A program made the translations under genes and the position numbers. Below, in pieces: positions 17,240 through 27,620 of a DNA stretch of 45,767 bases. The DNA is from Conexivisphaerales archaeon (GTDB lineage: Archaea; Thermoproteota; Nitrososphaeria; Conexivisphaerales; DTJL01), in contig JBEKZX010000011.1 of the NCBI GenBank assembly GCA_049509455.1, positions 1 through 45,767 of the forward strand. Reading direction: 5' to 3'. Each line of letters opens with the position of its first letter. The first letter of the stretch is position 1. The notes beneath the pieces are model-generated. The model did no database searches and was not told the origin of the DNA. It was given only the letters and a program-made list of their open reading frames with translations.

Positions 17240-18019
17240 ATGAGCGGGATGTTCGAGCCGCGCACTCGGGTAGCGAGGATTGCGTATGGAGCTATGCTCG
17301 CGGCGCTAGTGGCGGCCACAACGAGCGTGCTGACGGTCACAATCCCCTCCACGAAAGGATACTTCAACCTTGGTGACATGATGGTCTACACGGCGGCGGT
17401 GCTCACGGGCCCCGTCGTGGGGGGCTTCGCCGGGGGCGTAGGCTCGGCCCTTTCGGACACTCTGCTGGGTTACTTCTCCTATGCCCCCGGGACGCTGGTG
17501 ATCAAGGGGCTGGAGGGGATGATTGTGGGCTACCTATACAGAAAGCGCGATTCGACGGTCATCCAGAAGCACTGGAGGGCGCTGACGGTGACGATGAGCG
17601 TTGTGTTCTTCTTCCTCGTCGCCTCCATGGCCTCCTTTTACTACACGGGCCAGCTCTACCTCGGAGCGGACCTTGGGCATCTATTGGCCGGCGGATACTC
17701 CTACAGCGCGTATTTTGACGCTTGGCTCGCTGCCGGCGCCCTGGCGTCTCTATTCGTTGCCATAAGGGGGCTGAGGTCGCAGCCGAGATTGGGGTGGACC
17801 TGCTTGAGCATCGTAGTCGGCGGAGCCGAGATGGTGACCGGCTATTTCACGTACGAAGTGTCCCTGCTCGGAGTGCCCGTACCGGCGGCTCTCGTGGAGG
17901 TTCCCTTGAACGTCGCCCAGCTCGTCTTCGGACTAGTAGGCGCGCTGTTCCTTACCCAAGGGGTCGCGGCCGTTCTCAGGAGGCCGTCCGCGCCGACCCC
18001 GCGACCAGCGTCTCCATGA
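17240..18019 (+). CDS. ECF transporter S component
   Basis: GYFNLGD, GGVGSALSDTLLGY..APGTLVIKG; multiple TM segments. Confidence 0.85.
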   Translation: MSGMFEPRTRVARIAYGAMLAALVAATTSVLTVTIPSTKGYFNLGDMMVYTAAVLTGPVVGGFAGGVGSALSDTLLGYFSYAPGTLVIKGLEGMIVGYLYRKRDSTVIQKHWRALTVTMSVVFFFLVASMASFYYTGQLYLGADLGHLLAGGYSYSAYFDAWLAAGALASLFVAIRGLRSQPRLGWTCLSIVVGGAEMVTGYFTYEVSLLGVPVPAALVEVPLNVAQLVFGLVGALFLTQGVAAVLRRPSAPTPRPASP

Positions 18020-19607
18020 AGGACTGGAAGACCTGTTCCGGTGCGCCCGGGCGGCTGGAGAATTCAGGGTGGAACTGCGTAGCCATGTAGAACCTCTTCT
18101 GGGGAAGCTCGAGTATCTCGGCCCTCCGGCCGCCGTCGCTGAAGCCAGAGAAGACGGCGCCCCTTTCCTCCAGCAGCGGGCGGAACTTGGGGTTGATTTC
18201 GAACCGATGCCTATGCCTCCTCCTGATGACGTCGCTGCCGTAGATTATGCGAGCCTTGGTGCCCGGCTTCAGTGTGATATCGTGGCCTCCTAGCCTCATG
18301 GTGCCGCCCATTTCTCGGACGGAGCTCTGCTCGGGGAGGAGGTCCACGACCGGCTCGAGGGTGTCTGGGTCCAGCTCGCTGGAGTTGGCGTTCTTAAGGC
18401 CCACTACGGAACGAGCGAAGGCGACTGTAGCCAGCTGGAAGCCGAAGCAGAGCCCCAGGTAGGGTATGTCGTTCACGCGGGTGTAGTCGGCGACTGCGAT
18501 CTTGCCTTCGCTGCCGCGTTTGCCGAACCCGCCGGGGATCACGACACCGTCATAGTCCTTCAGGCACTCGGGGCTCTCCTTCTCGAACCTTTCAGAGTCG
18601 ATCCAGTCGAGATTCAGGCCGACCCTGAGATTGGCCGCGGCATGGCGGAGGGAGTGGTTCACGCTCACGTAGCTGTCCGCCAAATTGACGTACTTCCCCA
18701 CCATGGCCACCTTCATCGTCCGCGAGAACTCGACGAACCCTGAAATCACGGCGGGCCAGGTCCCCCAGCTCACTTCGCGAGGCGGCAGCTGGAGCTTCCT
18801 GAAGATAGGCTTCATAATCCCGTCTTTGGCGAGGACGGTGGGCAAGAGATAGACCGACTTGAGGTCAGGGTTGGAGATGACGGCGTCTGCATCGACGCTG
18901 GTGAAGAGCGATATCTTTTTCCTGGCGTCGGGAGGGAGGCCCGTCGCGCTTCTGACCACAATGATGTCGGGCTGTATACCGATCCTCCGCAGCTCCTGGA
19001 CGCTGTGCTGCGTAGGCTTGGTCTTTACTTCGCCCACCGGATCGAGCGTGGGAGCCAGCGTGACGTGGATAAAAAGCGTGCCTTCTGGGCCCTCCTCCAT
19101 TCTCATCTGGCGGAAGGCTTCCAGGAAAGGGAGGCTCTCCATGTCGCCCACAGTGCCTCCGCATTCCACCAGGAGGATGTCGACGCCGCTCGAAAGGGCC
19201 AGCTGCCGCAGCCTCTTCTTGATCTCGTCGGAGATATGGGGTATGATCTGGACACAGCTGCCAAGGTAGTTCCCCCTGCGCTCCGCCCTGATGACCTCCT
19301 GATACACCTGGCCGGTTGTGAGGTTGTGCTCGCGGGTCAGGTTGGCGTCAAGGAAGCGCTCGTAGGTCCCCAGGTCCATGTCGCATTCTCCACCGTCGTC
19401 AGTGACGAAGACCTCACCGTGCACGAGGGGGTTCATGGTTCCAGCGTCGACGTTAAGGTAGGGGTCTATCTTGGCGATGGTCACCTTGAGACCGGCGAGC
19501 TTGAGGAGCTTGGCCGTCGAGGCGACTGTTGCACCCTTCCCGAGGCCTGACATAACACCTCCGGTCACAAAGACAAACTTTGGCTTCTGAAAAATGTCTT
19601 CCTGCAC
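17976..19607 (-). CDS. pyrG: CTP synthase
   Basis: VTGGVMSGLGKG, KIDPYLNVDAGTM, GLCFGFQ, RHRHRFE, QFHPEF. Confidence 0.98.
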   Translation of the reverse strand: MQEDIFQKPKFVFVTGGVMSGLGKGATVASTAKLLKLAGLKVTIAKIDPYLNVDAGTMNPLVHGEVFVTDDGGECDMDLGTYERFLDANLTREHNLTTGQVYQEVIRAERRGNYLGSCVQIIPHISDEIKKRLRQLALSSGVDILLVECGGTVGDMESLPFLEAFRQMRMEEGPEGTLFIHVTLAPTLDPVGEVKTKPTQHSVQELRRIGIQPDIIVVRSATGLPPDARKKISLFTSVDADAVISNPDLKSVYLLPTVLAKDGIMKPIFRKLQLPPREVSWGTWPAVISGFVEFSRTMKVAMVGKYVNLADSYVSVNHSLRHAAANLRVGLNLDWIDSERFEKESPECLKDYDGVVIPGGFGKRGSEGKIAVADYTRVNDIPYLGLCFGFQLATVAFARSVVGLKNANSSELDPDTLEPVVDLLPEQSSVREMGGTMRLGGHDITLKPGTKARIIYGSDVIRRRHRHRFEINPKFRPLLEERGAVFSGFSDGGRRAEILELPQKRFYMATQFHPEFSSRPGAPEQVFQSFMETLVAGSARTAS

Positions 19608-19649
19608 AGAACCACTGCGGGTCAGATGTTCTTAAACCCTTTCCCGAGG

Positions 19650-20621
19650 TCATTTCACGAAGGGATACAGCATCTCGGCGAGGTCGGCTATGTCGACGAG
19701 GAGGCGTCGAATGTCCTCCAGCCTGTCGGCGACCTGGACCAGCGTCACGTCCTTTCTCATCTCCTCAAAAGAAGCCTCCGCGGAGTTGGCTTTGGAGAGG
19801 AAGGAGGGATAGGTCGTCCCCTTCCCGCCCAGGAAGTAGGAGGTGGCCATGTCATGTATCTCGGCCAGCCTGGACGCGGCGTCGGCCAGGCTTCGCGCCC
19901 GTGCGTTGTCAAGAGGGAGGAGGGGCTTCAGGCGGGAGGCCAAGGCGAAGGAATGGTCGCCGAGGAGCTCCACATGGTGTGAGGCCAGGCGGTAGTCCAG
20001 GCACTGCACGTTGGTCAGCCCCAGCTTTGCGGCCATTCGGGTGTCAGCCATGGTGCTCCTCAGGAGCCTGACCATCAGGAAGAAGAGGCGGTTTATCTCG
20101 ATGTCCCTCTGCATCACGTCGTCCAGCAGGGACTGATCGTCGACCGAAGCGGCCTCCAGCGCGTCAACGTACATGCTCCTCGCCAGGTTGTTCATCCGGC
20201 GGTAGAGCTTCTCCGGGGGGATGGTGTCGAAGTCTATGAGGAACTGCAGGGTGAGGCTGACGGGTTCCTCGCTGACGACTTCGAGTCCCAGGAGGCCATG
20301 GACCGACTCCCTGAGATACTTCTTCACTTTTGCCACCTGGGCCCGGTCGCCCGAGACGTTGATGATGTTATAGCCGAGCAGGTAGGCCGCGGTAACGTCC
20401 CTGACCACCGCCTGGGGGTCCTCACCGGCCGCCTTGACCGAGACGTAGCTCTTCTCTTCGAGGCTGGCCACCTCCTTGGGGTAGACCAGAAGGGCGCCGG
20501 AGGGCGTTTCCTCCAGGCCCACGACGTCCCCGTGCTGCAGGTGGCTCTTCACCACCCACGCCTTCGGGAGGGAGACCAACAGGGTGCCCCCGCCCAGCGA
20601 CTGCAGTTTCCTGTATTCCAT
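19650..20621 (-). CDS. phoU: Archaeal AbrB-PhoU phosphate uptake regulator
   Basis: RKLQSLGGGTLLVSLPKAW AbrB domain plus PhoU helical repeats. Confidence 0.85.
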   Translation of the reverse strand: MEYRKLQSLGGGTLLVSLPKAWVVKSHLQHGDVVGLEETPSGALLVYPKEVASLEEKSYVSVKAAGEDPQAVVRDVTAAYLLGYNIINVSGDRAQVAKVKKYLRESVHGLLGLEVVSEEPVSLTLQFLIDFDTIPPEKLYRRMNNLARSMYVDALEAASVDDQSLLDDVMQRDIEINRLFFLMVRLLRSTMADTRMAAKLGLTNVQCLDYRLASHHVELLGDHSFALASRLKPLLPLDNARARSLADAASRLAEIHDMATSYFLGGKGTTYPSFLSKANSAEASFEEMRKDVTLVQVADRLEDIRRLLVDIADLAEMLYPFVK

Positions 20622-20668
20622 ATCGCCTTTAAAGCGGTTAGAACCGATATAAATGTCCGTCGTGTCGT

Positions 20669-21745
20669 TCAGAGGGAGGTCAAGGCCTTCGAGTAGTGGG
20701 TGAGGATCAGCGGTCTTTCTCTCACCACAACCGAATCCTCGATGCGTACGCCATACTTCGCCTTGAAGTAGACGCCCGGCTCCACCGTCACCGCCATGTC
20801 CTCCCTCAAGACTTCCTGGCCACCCCGCCTAATGAAGGGCGCTTCATGGACATCCAGGCCGACGCCGTGGCCAGTGCCATGGACGAAGTACTCCTCGAGG
20901 CCCTGTTTCGCCAGATGAAGGCGGACGGCCCTGTCCACGTCGTCCGTCTTGGCTCCGATCCTCACTGCGTCAATCCCCGCCTGCTGAGCCTTCAAGACGG
21001 CGTCATAGGACCTCTTCATCTCGTCGGAGACCGAACCGATGGCGAAGGTCCTCGTGGCGTCGACGACGTAGCCTCCGTATCTGAGGACGTAGTCGCATAC
21101 CACGAAGTCGCCTTCCTCGACCTTCCGTTCGCTGGTGTAGGCGTGTGGGAGGGCGCCGTTCGCCCCTGCTGCCACTATGAGCGGGTTCAACGTGTTGGCG
21201 TAGGCGGGAGGATCCGCCTTCATTCGTATCATTTCCTCCAGGATGGCGGCGGCGACGGTCCTTTCGTCCACACCCGGCGAAAGGAGCTCCTCGGTGATCC
21301 CATAGAGCTTGTCCATGACCTTCCCTCCTTCCACCAGGAACGACACCTCTACATCGTCCTTGACCACGCGACTCTGCAAGATGACGTCAGGGTCAGCCAC
21401 TAGGCCCGACGGCAGGAAGGACGCGAAGCGGTTGAACGTAACGACGTCGACATCGTCGAAGAGAGCCTTCCTGGTGCCCACCTTCTCCTTGACCTTGCTC
21501 ATGAGGTCGGCCCCCCTTTCCCCCCCGATGACTTGGACGTCGGGCGCCGAAGCCCTGGCGCGCTCCAGCTCAAGGGCGGGGACGACGAGGCAGGCGCCGT
21601 CCCCCGTGACGATGACGCTAGCCTCTCCCCAGAAACCCGTGAGGTAGTAGATATTCTGCGGTTCTCCCGCGAGGACCGTTTCGAAGCCTTTGCTCCTGGC
21701 ATAGCCCAGGACGCGGCTGTGCCTACGGGCGTAGTCGACCTTCAT
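20669..21745 (-). CDS. Xaa-Pro aminopeptidase (M24 family)
   Basis: HGTGHGVGLDVHEAP, TVEPGVY..GVRIED. Confidence 0.93.
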   Translation of the reverse strand: MKVDYARRHSRVLGYARSKGFETVLAGEPQNIYYLTGFWGEASVIVTGDGACLVVPALELERARASAPDVQVIGGERGADLMSKVKEKVGTRKALFDDVDVVTFNRFASFLPSGLVADPDVILQSRVVKDDVEVSFLVEGGKVMDKLYGITEELLSPGVDERTVAAAILEEMIRMKADPPAYANTLNPLIVAAGANGALPHAYTSERKVEEGDFVVCDYVLRYGGYVVDATRTFAIGSVSDEMKRSYDAVLKAQQAGIDAVRIGAKTDDVDRAVRLHLAKQGLEEYFVHGTGHGVGLDVHEAPFIRRGGQEVLREDMAVTVEPGVYFKAKYGVRIEDSVVVRERPLILTHYSKALTSL

Positions 21746-21878
21746 AGCGTTTCACCGAAGAGATGGAAGCGGTACCATTATTATCCTTTCCATCGTCTCG
21801 TCCCCGGCCTCTGGAATGGTCACGCGGCTACAGCTTAAATACCGTGGAGGCTGATTCCCCCGTAAGCGCGCAACGAGC

Positions 21879-24800
21879 TTGGTGCACATCAGCAAACTGA
21901 CCGTGAAGGGCTTCAAGTCCTTCCCCCAGAAGCAGGTGACGGTCAGCCTTGAGCTGGGCCTCAACGTCATTACGGGACCCAACGGGTCAGGGAAGTCCAA
22001 CATCATCGATGCGATACGCTTTGCCATGGGGGAGAATAGCGCCAAGTCGCTCAGGCAGAACTCTATGACCGGGCTCATTTACGACCCCGGCACTGGAGCT
22101 ACGGACCTGGCGAGGGTCTCCGTCACCTTTGAGAACGGAGACAGGTCCCTAGCGATAGATGACGATAGGGTTACGGTCGTACGGGAACTGAAGCCCAACG
22201 GCGACAACGCATATTTTATCAACGGGAAGAAGATCGGCAGGAACTACCTAATCGAGCTCTTGGGGGCTGCCCACATCACCCCCGAGGGGCTCAACGTCAT
22301 ACCCCAGGGCGCCATCGGAAGGCTCGCCGAACTGCATCCCAATGAAAGGAGGCAGATCATAGAGTCGGCCATAGGCTTGAAGCATTTCGACGAGAAGAAA
22401 TCCGAGGCGCTGGAACGCCTCAGGGACGCCGACAACCAGCTCGCCGTGTCCTTCGCCAAGCTCGACGAAAGGAGGGGGAGCATAGAGCGTCTTGAGCTGG
22501 AGAGGAACGACGCGCTCAGGTTCAAGCAGCTGGAGTTCGAGGTCAGCAGGCTTCGCAAGGCCATAGCTCGGAAGAGGATAAGCGAGATGGACAACCAGCT
22601 GGACCTGTTTTCCAAGAAAGCGGGCGAGCTGGTGACCCAGCAGGAGCAGGCGAAGGCCAGGATCGCCGAGATGGAGGTCTCGCTGAAGGAGATCGAGGGA
22701 GAGCGGGACGCCTACTACGGCGCCAAGGTATCGGTCCCCAGCAAGGAGCTCATCGACCTGGGGCTCGAGATAGGGAAGATCGACACGCAGCTGAGCGAGC
22801 TCCTCGAGAAGAAGAGGAGGTACGAACTCACTGGCTCGTCACAGAAGGACACCTCGCGCCATCTGGAGGGGATGGTCCGAGCCATCGAGAAGGAGGCCTC
22901 TTCTATCTTGGAGGAGGTGGCAGGCTACCAGCTCGAGCTGCGCAGGCTCGACGACGACGGCCGCGCCGAAGCGGAGAGCAAGACGGCGCTCCTCAGGAGG
23001 AGGGAGAGGCTAGAGGCTAGGAGGCAGAGGCTCGAAGTGAAAGACCTCCACCTGGGGAAAAGGAAGGATAGGGCCGACGCGGCCGTCTCGGGGCTCAGCT
23101 CGAAGGTGAAGTCCCTCTTGGTGGAGCTGGCGGAGGCGACGGGCGCCCACGACGAGCTCGTCAAGAAGTACGAAGAGGTCAACGGCATGGTGGACACGAT
23201 GAGACGTCAGCTGTCCGAGCTGGGCGCCGACATCGTGAGCTCCAAGGAGCTGCTCAAGGAGACGGGCGACAACACCGACGCCTGCTTCAGGCAGCACGAG
23301 AAGCTGGCCGCTGAAATCAGGGCCGCCGACGGTATCCTCTCCAACGCTACGCAGACCATTCTCAGGTATGAGTCAGGAAGGGAAATCGCGGAGAAGTTCC
23401 TGACGGGGGAGTTCAACTCGCAGAAGGTGGAGGAGCTGGCCAGGTCAGGGGTGGTGGAGGGCTACCGTGGAAGGCTTTCAGAGAACATCAATTACAAGGA
23501 GCAGTATGCTTCGGCCGTCAAGGCGGCCGGTCAGGAATGGCTCTCGGCCATGGTGGTGGATGACATGGATGGCCTCCTGCAGCTTGCGGCGCTGTCGAAG
23601 AGGCTGAGGAGTGCCCGCATCAGGATACTACCCGTCTCCGAGCTGCGGAACATGCCGTCGCTCCGCATCCCTTACTCGGAAGGCGTGATGGGTCGCCTGA
23701 GCGACTTCATCGAATGCGAAGACGCCGTCATCCCCGCCATCGAGTTCGTCTTCGGGAACACGGTCCTGAGCAGCACTGCGAAGGCGGCTTACCCGCTTTC
23801 GCGGCGAGGCTTAAGGTGCGTCACCATCCAAGGGGACCTATTCGAAGCCGGAGGCAGGGCCTTGGAGACGGGGAAGGTAAGCGAGCTTTCACTAAAACAG
23901 CTGGGAATCAGCGACCCCGATGAGCTCAAGTACGTGGAGGAATCCCTCAAGGCGTTTAGGATCTCCATTGACCGCAAGAGGAAGGAACTGGATAAACTGG
24001 CCCAGAGCCAGGAAGGATTCGAGAAGAAGAAATTCAAGGTCGCGCTGAGGCTGGAGAACGCCGAGTCCCGGCTCCGGACTTTGGTGCCTCTGGTGGGGCG
24101 CTACAAGCGACTGGAGAAATCGTCAAGGCGCCGCATCGAGGAGCAGGAGGAGGGGGTGGCGAAGCTCAGTAAGAGGCTAGACAAGGCGAGGGCGACCCTT
24201 CCGAGGTTGAGGACGAAGGCCGCGAAGCTGGCGGAGAAGAGGGCGCAGCTGGGCCTCATGTCTTTGGGTTCGGTGGTGGGCGGGATTGACGGGGAACTGG
24301 CTGAGATATCACGTTCGGAGGAGTCGTCGGCCAGGGCTGTCTTAAGCATCAACGCATCGCTGTCGACGCTGCAAACCCGCCTTAACAGCGAACTCAACCC
24401 TAAGGCTTCACAGATGCGAGATTCGTTGACGAAGGCCCGGGAGGACATCCGCGAGGCCGAGGAGAACCTCCCCAAAGTCTTGGAGGGGATCGAGGCGCTG
24501 ACACGACAGAAGAAGGAACTCTCCGAGAGGGAGGCGGAGATACGCGAAGACAGCGAACAGGCGCTCCCCAGGCTGAAGGAGCTCGAAGCCAGGCAGAAGG
24601 GAGTAAGGGACGAGAGCATGTCGATCCAGCAGAGGGTGATCAGGCTGGAGAAGGAGAGGCTGCGGATCGAGAGTTCGGCACAGAGCCTCAGGAACGAAAG
24701 GCAGAACGCGCAGCAGGGGATGGCTGAACTGGGGGTCGAGGAAGAGGTCGAATTCCATCCCGACACGGAGATGCTCCTCTCCATGTTTTCAGAGGAGAGG

Positions 24801-25418
24801 GCATCGCTCCAGGGGATGGTGAACCTGCTGGCGGACCAAAGCTACAAGGAGGCCTTTACGTCATACAAAGAGGCCTCGAGGCGCAGGAACGAGCTGGAGA
24901 AGGACAGGAACGCCATCGTGAAGTTCATCGAGGAGGTCGAGGCCGAGAAGAAGAACACCTTCATGGCAGCATATGAGAAGTTGGACAGGGAGCTGAGGGG
25001 AATATTCACCAAGCTGACGGAAGGATCAGCGTGGATGGAGTTGGAGAATCCAGCTGACCCGTTCTCAGGGGGCGTCTTCCTCATGGCCCAGTTCCCTATG
25101 AAGGCCGCCAGAGAGTCCAGCAGCACAAGCGGAGGGGAGAAGGCAACGGTCGCCGTTTCGTTTCTCCTCGCCTTCCAGTCGGCATATCCTTCGCCCTTCT
25201 ATCTCCTGGATGAAATAGACGCAGCCCTGGACGCTGTCAATGCTGATAAGCTAGGGAGGCTGATGGCCGAATGGTCCTCGAAGTCCCAGATTGTGATAGT
25301 TTCGTTGAAGGAGGCCATGGTTAGCCAGGCTACGAACATGGTGGGCGTCTACGGCATCAACGGCGCGAGCAACGTCGTGCGCCACATTTCCAACGCAGAG
25401 GTGACGGTCAACGCCTGA
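21879..25418 (+). CDS. smc: Chromosome segregation protein SMC
   Basis: GPNGSGKSNIIDA, coiled coils, hinge, SGGEKA, LLDEIDAALD. Confidence 0.97.
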   Translation: MVHISKLTVKGFKSFPQKQVTVSLELGLNVITGPNGSGKSNIIDAIRFAMGENSAKSLRQNSMTGLIYDPGTGATDLARVSVTFENGDRSLAIDDDRVTVVRELKPNGDNAYFINGKKIGRNYLIELLGAAHITPEGLNVIPQGAIGRLAELHPNERRQIIESAIGLKHFDEKKSEALERLRDADNQLAVSFAKLDERRGSIERLELERNDALRFKQLEFEVSRLRKAIARKRISEMDNQLDLFSKKAGELVTQQEQAKARIAEMEVSLKEIEGERDAYYGAKVSVPSKELIDLGLEIGKIDTQLSELLEKKRRYELTGSSQKDTSRHLEGMVRAIEKEASSILEEVAGYQLELRRLDDDGRAEAESKTALLRRRERLEARRQRLEVKDLHLGKRKDRADAAVSGLSSKVKSLLVELAEATGAHDELVKKYEEVNGMVDTMRRQLSELGADIVSSKELLKETGDNTDACFRQHEKLAAEIRAADGILSNATQTILRYESGREIAEKFLTGEFNSQKVEELARSGVVEGYRGRLSENINYKEQYASAVKAAGQEWLSAMVVDDMDGLLQLAALSKRLRSARIRILPVSELRNMPSLRIPYSEGVMGRLSDFIECEDAVIPAIEFVFGNTVLSSTAKAAYPLSRRGLRCVTIQGDLFEAGGRALETGKVSELSLKQLGISDPDELKYVEESLKAFRISIDRKRKELDKLAQSQEGFEKKKFKVALRLENAESRLRTLVPLVGRYKRLEKSSRRRIEEQEEGVAKLSKRLDKARATLPRLRTKAAKLAEKRAQLGLMSLGSVVGGIDGELAEISRSEESSARAVLSINASLSTLQTRLNSELNPKASQMRDSLTKAREDIREAEENLPKVLEGIEALTRQKKELSEREAEIREDSEQALPRLKELEARQKGVRDESMSIQQRVIRLEKERLRIESSAQSLRNERQNAQQGMAELGVEEEVEFHPDTEMLLSMFSEERASLQGMVNLLADQSYKEAFTSYKEASRRRNELEKDRNAIVKFIEEVEAEKKNTFMAAYEKLDRELRGIFTKLTEGSAWMELENPADPFSGGVFLMAQFPMKAARESSSTSGGEKATVAVSFLLAFQSAYPSPFYLLDEIDAALDAVNADKLGRLMAEWSSKSQIVIVSLKEAMVSQATNMVGVYGINGASNVVRHISNAEVTVNA

Positions 25419-26067
25419 AGGAGAGGCACCCGCGGACAGGATCCGCCTGCTCCTCAACCCTGAGCTGGCGACCAAGCAGCGGCCCTGGGACATCTCCATC
25501 CAGCTCCTCCTTGAGGAATTCATCCTCTATCTGAGGAAACAACCCATCCTCGACATGCGACTGGGCGGCCTCGCTCTCCTTACTTCGTCGATAATCTACA
25601 AGCTCAAGGTGGAGAGGCTCTTCTACGACGAGAAGCGCACCTTCAGGAAGAGGCCCTCCGACCTCCAGGAGCCCGTCGAAGCATTGAACATGCCCTTCAG
25701 GCTGCATGCGCCCGTGAGCGACCTCGACGACCTAGTGGTTGCTCTCGAGTCTCTTATGAAAGAGATCTCCAAGAGTCCGTCCTCGCCCATCGAGGAGGGC
25801 GTCTTCCAGCCTGGCCTACAGGACAGGGCCATGGAACAGGACACCGTGGCCATAATGCTCAGAAAGTATTCGGATGAGCTCCTCGCAGGGCTCAGCCGGA
25901 GCGACCCGACGAGCTTCAACGAGCTCACGAAGGGGATGGGGGCCATCGAGGTCGCCAGGGTCTTCATCGTGCTCCTCTTTCTCGCCCATTCCGGGAAGAT
26001 AGTCCTGCTCCAGGAGCAGGACGCCTACGATTTCAGCTTGGTGGGGGTAGGGAAAGCCTTTGCCTGA
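25411..26067 (+). CDS. scpA: Kleisin ScpA, apparently starting at ACG 25411
   Basis: Frame is open 48 codons upstream of the track ATG (25555) and contains PWDISI; GAGGTGA at 25398-25404; C-terminal ARVFIVLLFLA winged helix. Confidence 0.85.
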   Translation, partial: TPEGEAPADRIRLLLNPELATKQRPWDISIQLLLEEFILYLRKQPILDMRLGGLALLTSSIIYKLKVERLFYDEKRTFRKRPSDLQEPVEALNMPFRLHAPVSDLDDLVVALESLMKEISKSPSSPIEEGVFQPGLQDRAMEQDTVAIMLRKYSDELLAGLSRSDPTSFNELTKGMGAIEVARVFIVLLFLAHSGKIVLLQEQDAYDFSLVGVGKAFA

Positions 26068-26590
26068 AGAGCAGGTCGAAGCGCTCATCGAGGCCGCGCT
26101 GTACTCCTCCGGGAAGCCGCTGACGCTGGACGAGCTCTGCCGGGCGGCGGGCACCACGTCGAGGAGGAAGGCGCTGGACGCGGTGCGGCGAATCACGGCC
26201 CGGGTTAACGGGAACTTCAGGGCCCTTGAGGTCACGCAGGTGGGGGAAGGAAGGTATGTGCTCCAGCTGCGGAGGGAGTTCAACCCGGTGGCGAAGAAGT
26301 TTGCTACGCAGCAGCTTCTCACACGCTCCGTCCTCAAGACGCTCACGATGATCGCCTACTTCCAGCCTGTGAGCGGGAGCAAGCTCTCCAGCAAGAAGGG
26401 CTCGCAGGTCTACACCCACCTGAGGATACTCGAGTCAATGGGGTTCATCGGTTCGACGCTGGAGGGTAAGAACCACTTCTACAGGACGACGAGCTACTTC
26501 TCCGAGTACTTTGGGCTCCCTTCCGATCCAGCCTCGATCAAGCACAAGCTCGACGGCCTCTTCGAGCCCGCGGCATCCGGCAAGCCTTAA
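26060..26590 (+). CDS. scpB: Kite subunit ScpB
   Basis: IEAALYSSGKPL, TLTMIAYFQPV, YRTTSYFSEYFGL. Confidence 0.94.
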   Translation: MPEEQVEALIEAALYSSGKPLTLDELCRAAGTTSRRKALDAVRRITARVNGNFRALEVTQVGEGRYVLQLRREFNPVAKKFATQQLLTRSVLKTLTMIAYFQPVSGSKLSSKKGSQVYTHLRILESMGFIGSTLEGKNHFYRTTSYFSEYFGLPSDPASIKHKLDGLFEPAASGKP

Positions 26591-26635
26591 ATGTGCGACG
26601 AATGACCCCTAGGAAACTGAAAGGGGAAGCTCTCT

Positions 26636-27022
26636 TTGCAGAAGCCAATGGAGAACCTGAGGAAGAGAAAGCTCACAGGGGGCCGCCGCGTCCCGTTCAG
26701 GGGAAGGAGAAACTACGAGAAGGACGGCTATTCGACGGAGACGGTCCTGGGAGCGAGGAAGCTAGGCTCCAGGCGTGTGAGGGGAGGGAAGATAAAGATC
26801 ACCGCGGTGAGCATGGACACCGTCAACGTTATGGACCCGACCACGCACACCTCCAAGAAGGTCAAGATATCCCGAGTCCTGAGCAACTCCGCGAACAGGG
26901 ACTACGAGAGGCGAGGCGTCATGACGAAGGGAGCGGTCATTGAGACCGAAGCGGGGAGGGCCAGGGTTACGTCGAGGCCTTCGCAGGACGGCGTGGTCAA
27001 CGCAGTGCTCATCCAAAAGTAA
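26636..27022 (+). CDS. rps8e: 30S ribosomal protein S8e
   Basis: RKLTGG, RVRGG, TKGAVIET..ARVTSRPSQDGVVNAVL. Confidence 0.97.
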   Translation: MQKPMENLRKRKLTGGRRVPFRGRRNYEKDGYSTETVLGARKLGSRRVRGGKIKITAVSMDTVNVMDPTTHTSKKVKISRVLSNSANRDYERRGVMTKGAVIETEAGRARVTSRPSQDGVVNAVLIQK

Positions 27023-27051
27023 TATAGCTCCGTCCGCTCGCGGCACTGCTA

Positions 27052-27345
27052 ATGAAGGATTACGGAAGGCAGATTTTCTGGCTGGACTACTTCGATTCAT
27101 CCCTGAGCAGGGAGTCCGGCAGGAGGGTGAGCCTCCCATTAGCAACCAAGAACCCCACGATAGATGAGCTGGCCGCAGCCGCGAGGAGGCTGGGATACGA
27201 GCCGCATGTGGAGAAGGCCCGGCACCCGACCAGGCCCACGAAGCCCTCCGGTTACATACAGGTGGAGAAGAAGAAGGGCAAAAAGGAGTTCCTTCTCGCC
27301 CTCGCGAAGGCCATGGCCGAAGGAAGGGCCCAGCAGAAACGTTGA
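27052..27345 (+). CDS. srp19: Signal recognition particle 19 kDa protein
   Basis: IFWLDYFDSSLSRESGRRV, HP..PSGYIQV. Confidence 0.93.
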   Translation: MKDYGRQIFWLDYFDSSLSRESGRRVSLPLATKNPTIDELAAAARRLGYEPHVEKARHPTRPTKPSGYIQVEKKKGKKEFLLALAKAMAEGRAQQKR

Positions 27346-27395
27346 TCTGGGCCAAGGGCAAGCTTAATACGGCGCACGCCTGCACCTTACCCGTT

Positions 27396-27620
27396 TTGCA
27401 GGAGATTGGGACCATCATCCGCAAGGCCCGCAGCGGCATGGTCATCGTGAGGCTGACTAAGGAACCCCACGAAGGACAGGTCCTCTTCGACTTCAAGGGG
27501 CGCTCGGTGGGCAGGGTCACCGAGATCTTCGGGCCAGTCAAGGGCGCCTACGCATCACTGACACCCCACACTGACAGGATCGAAGGATTAGTGGGGGAGA
27601 AGGTGTACTCGAGGAATTGA
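27396..27620 (+). CDS. gar1: H/ACA RNP subunit Gar1
   Basis: VGRVTEIFGPVKGAY; likely TTG at 27396 downstream of CTTAATA. Confidence 0.85.
   Translation: MQEIGTIIRKARSGMVIVRLTKEPHEGQVLFDFKGRSVGRVTEIFGPVKGAYASLTPHTDRIEGLVGEKVYSRN

Noticed and set aside
25400-25432. GCCU/AGGC hairpin at the smc-scpA junction as a BHB that could create a start codon
   Set aside because: The central helix is only 3 bp, bulge sizes are wrong, and excision would delete the smc stop.
27342-27395. Odd N-terminal extension of Gar1 in the track
   Set aside because: It is explained by an upstream TTG overlapping the promoter; the true start is likely 27396.
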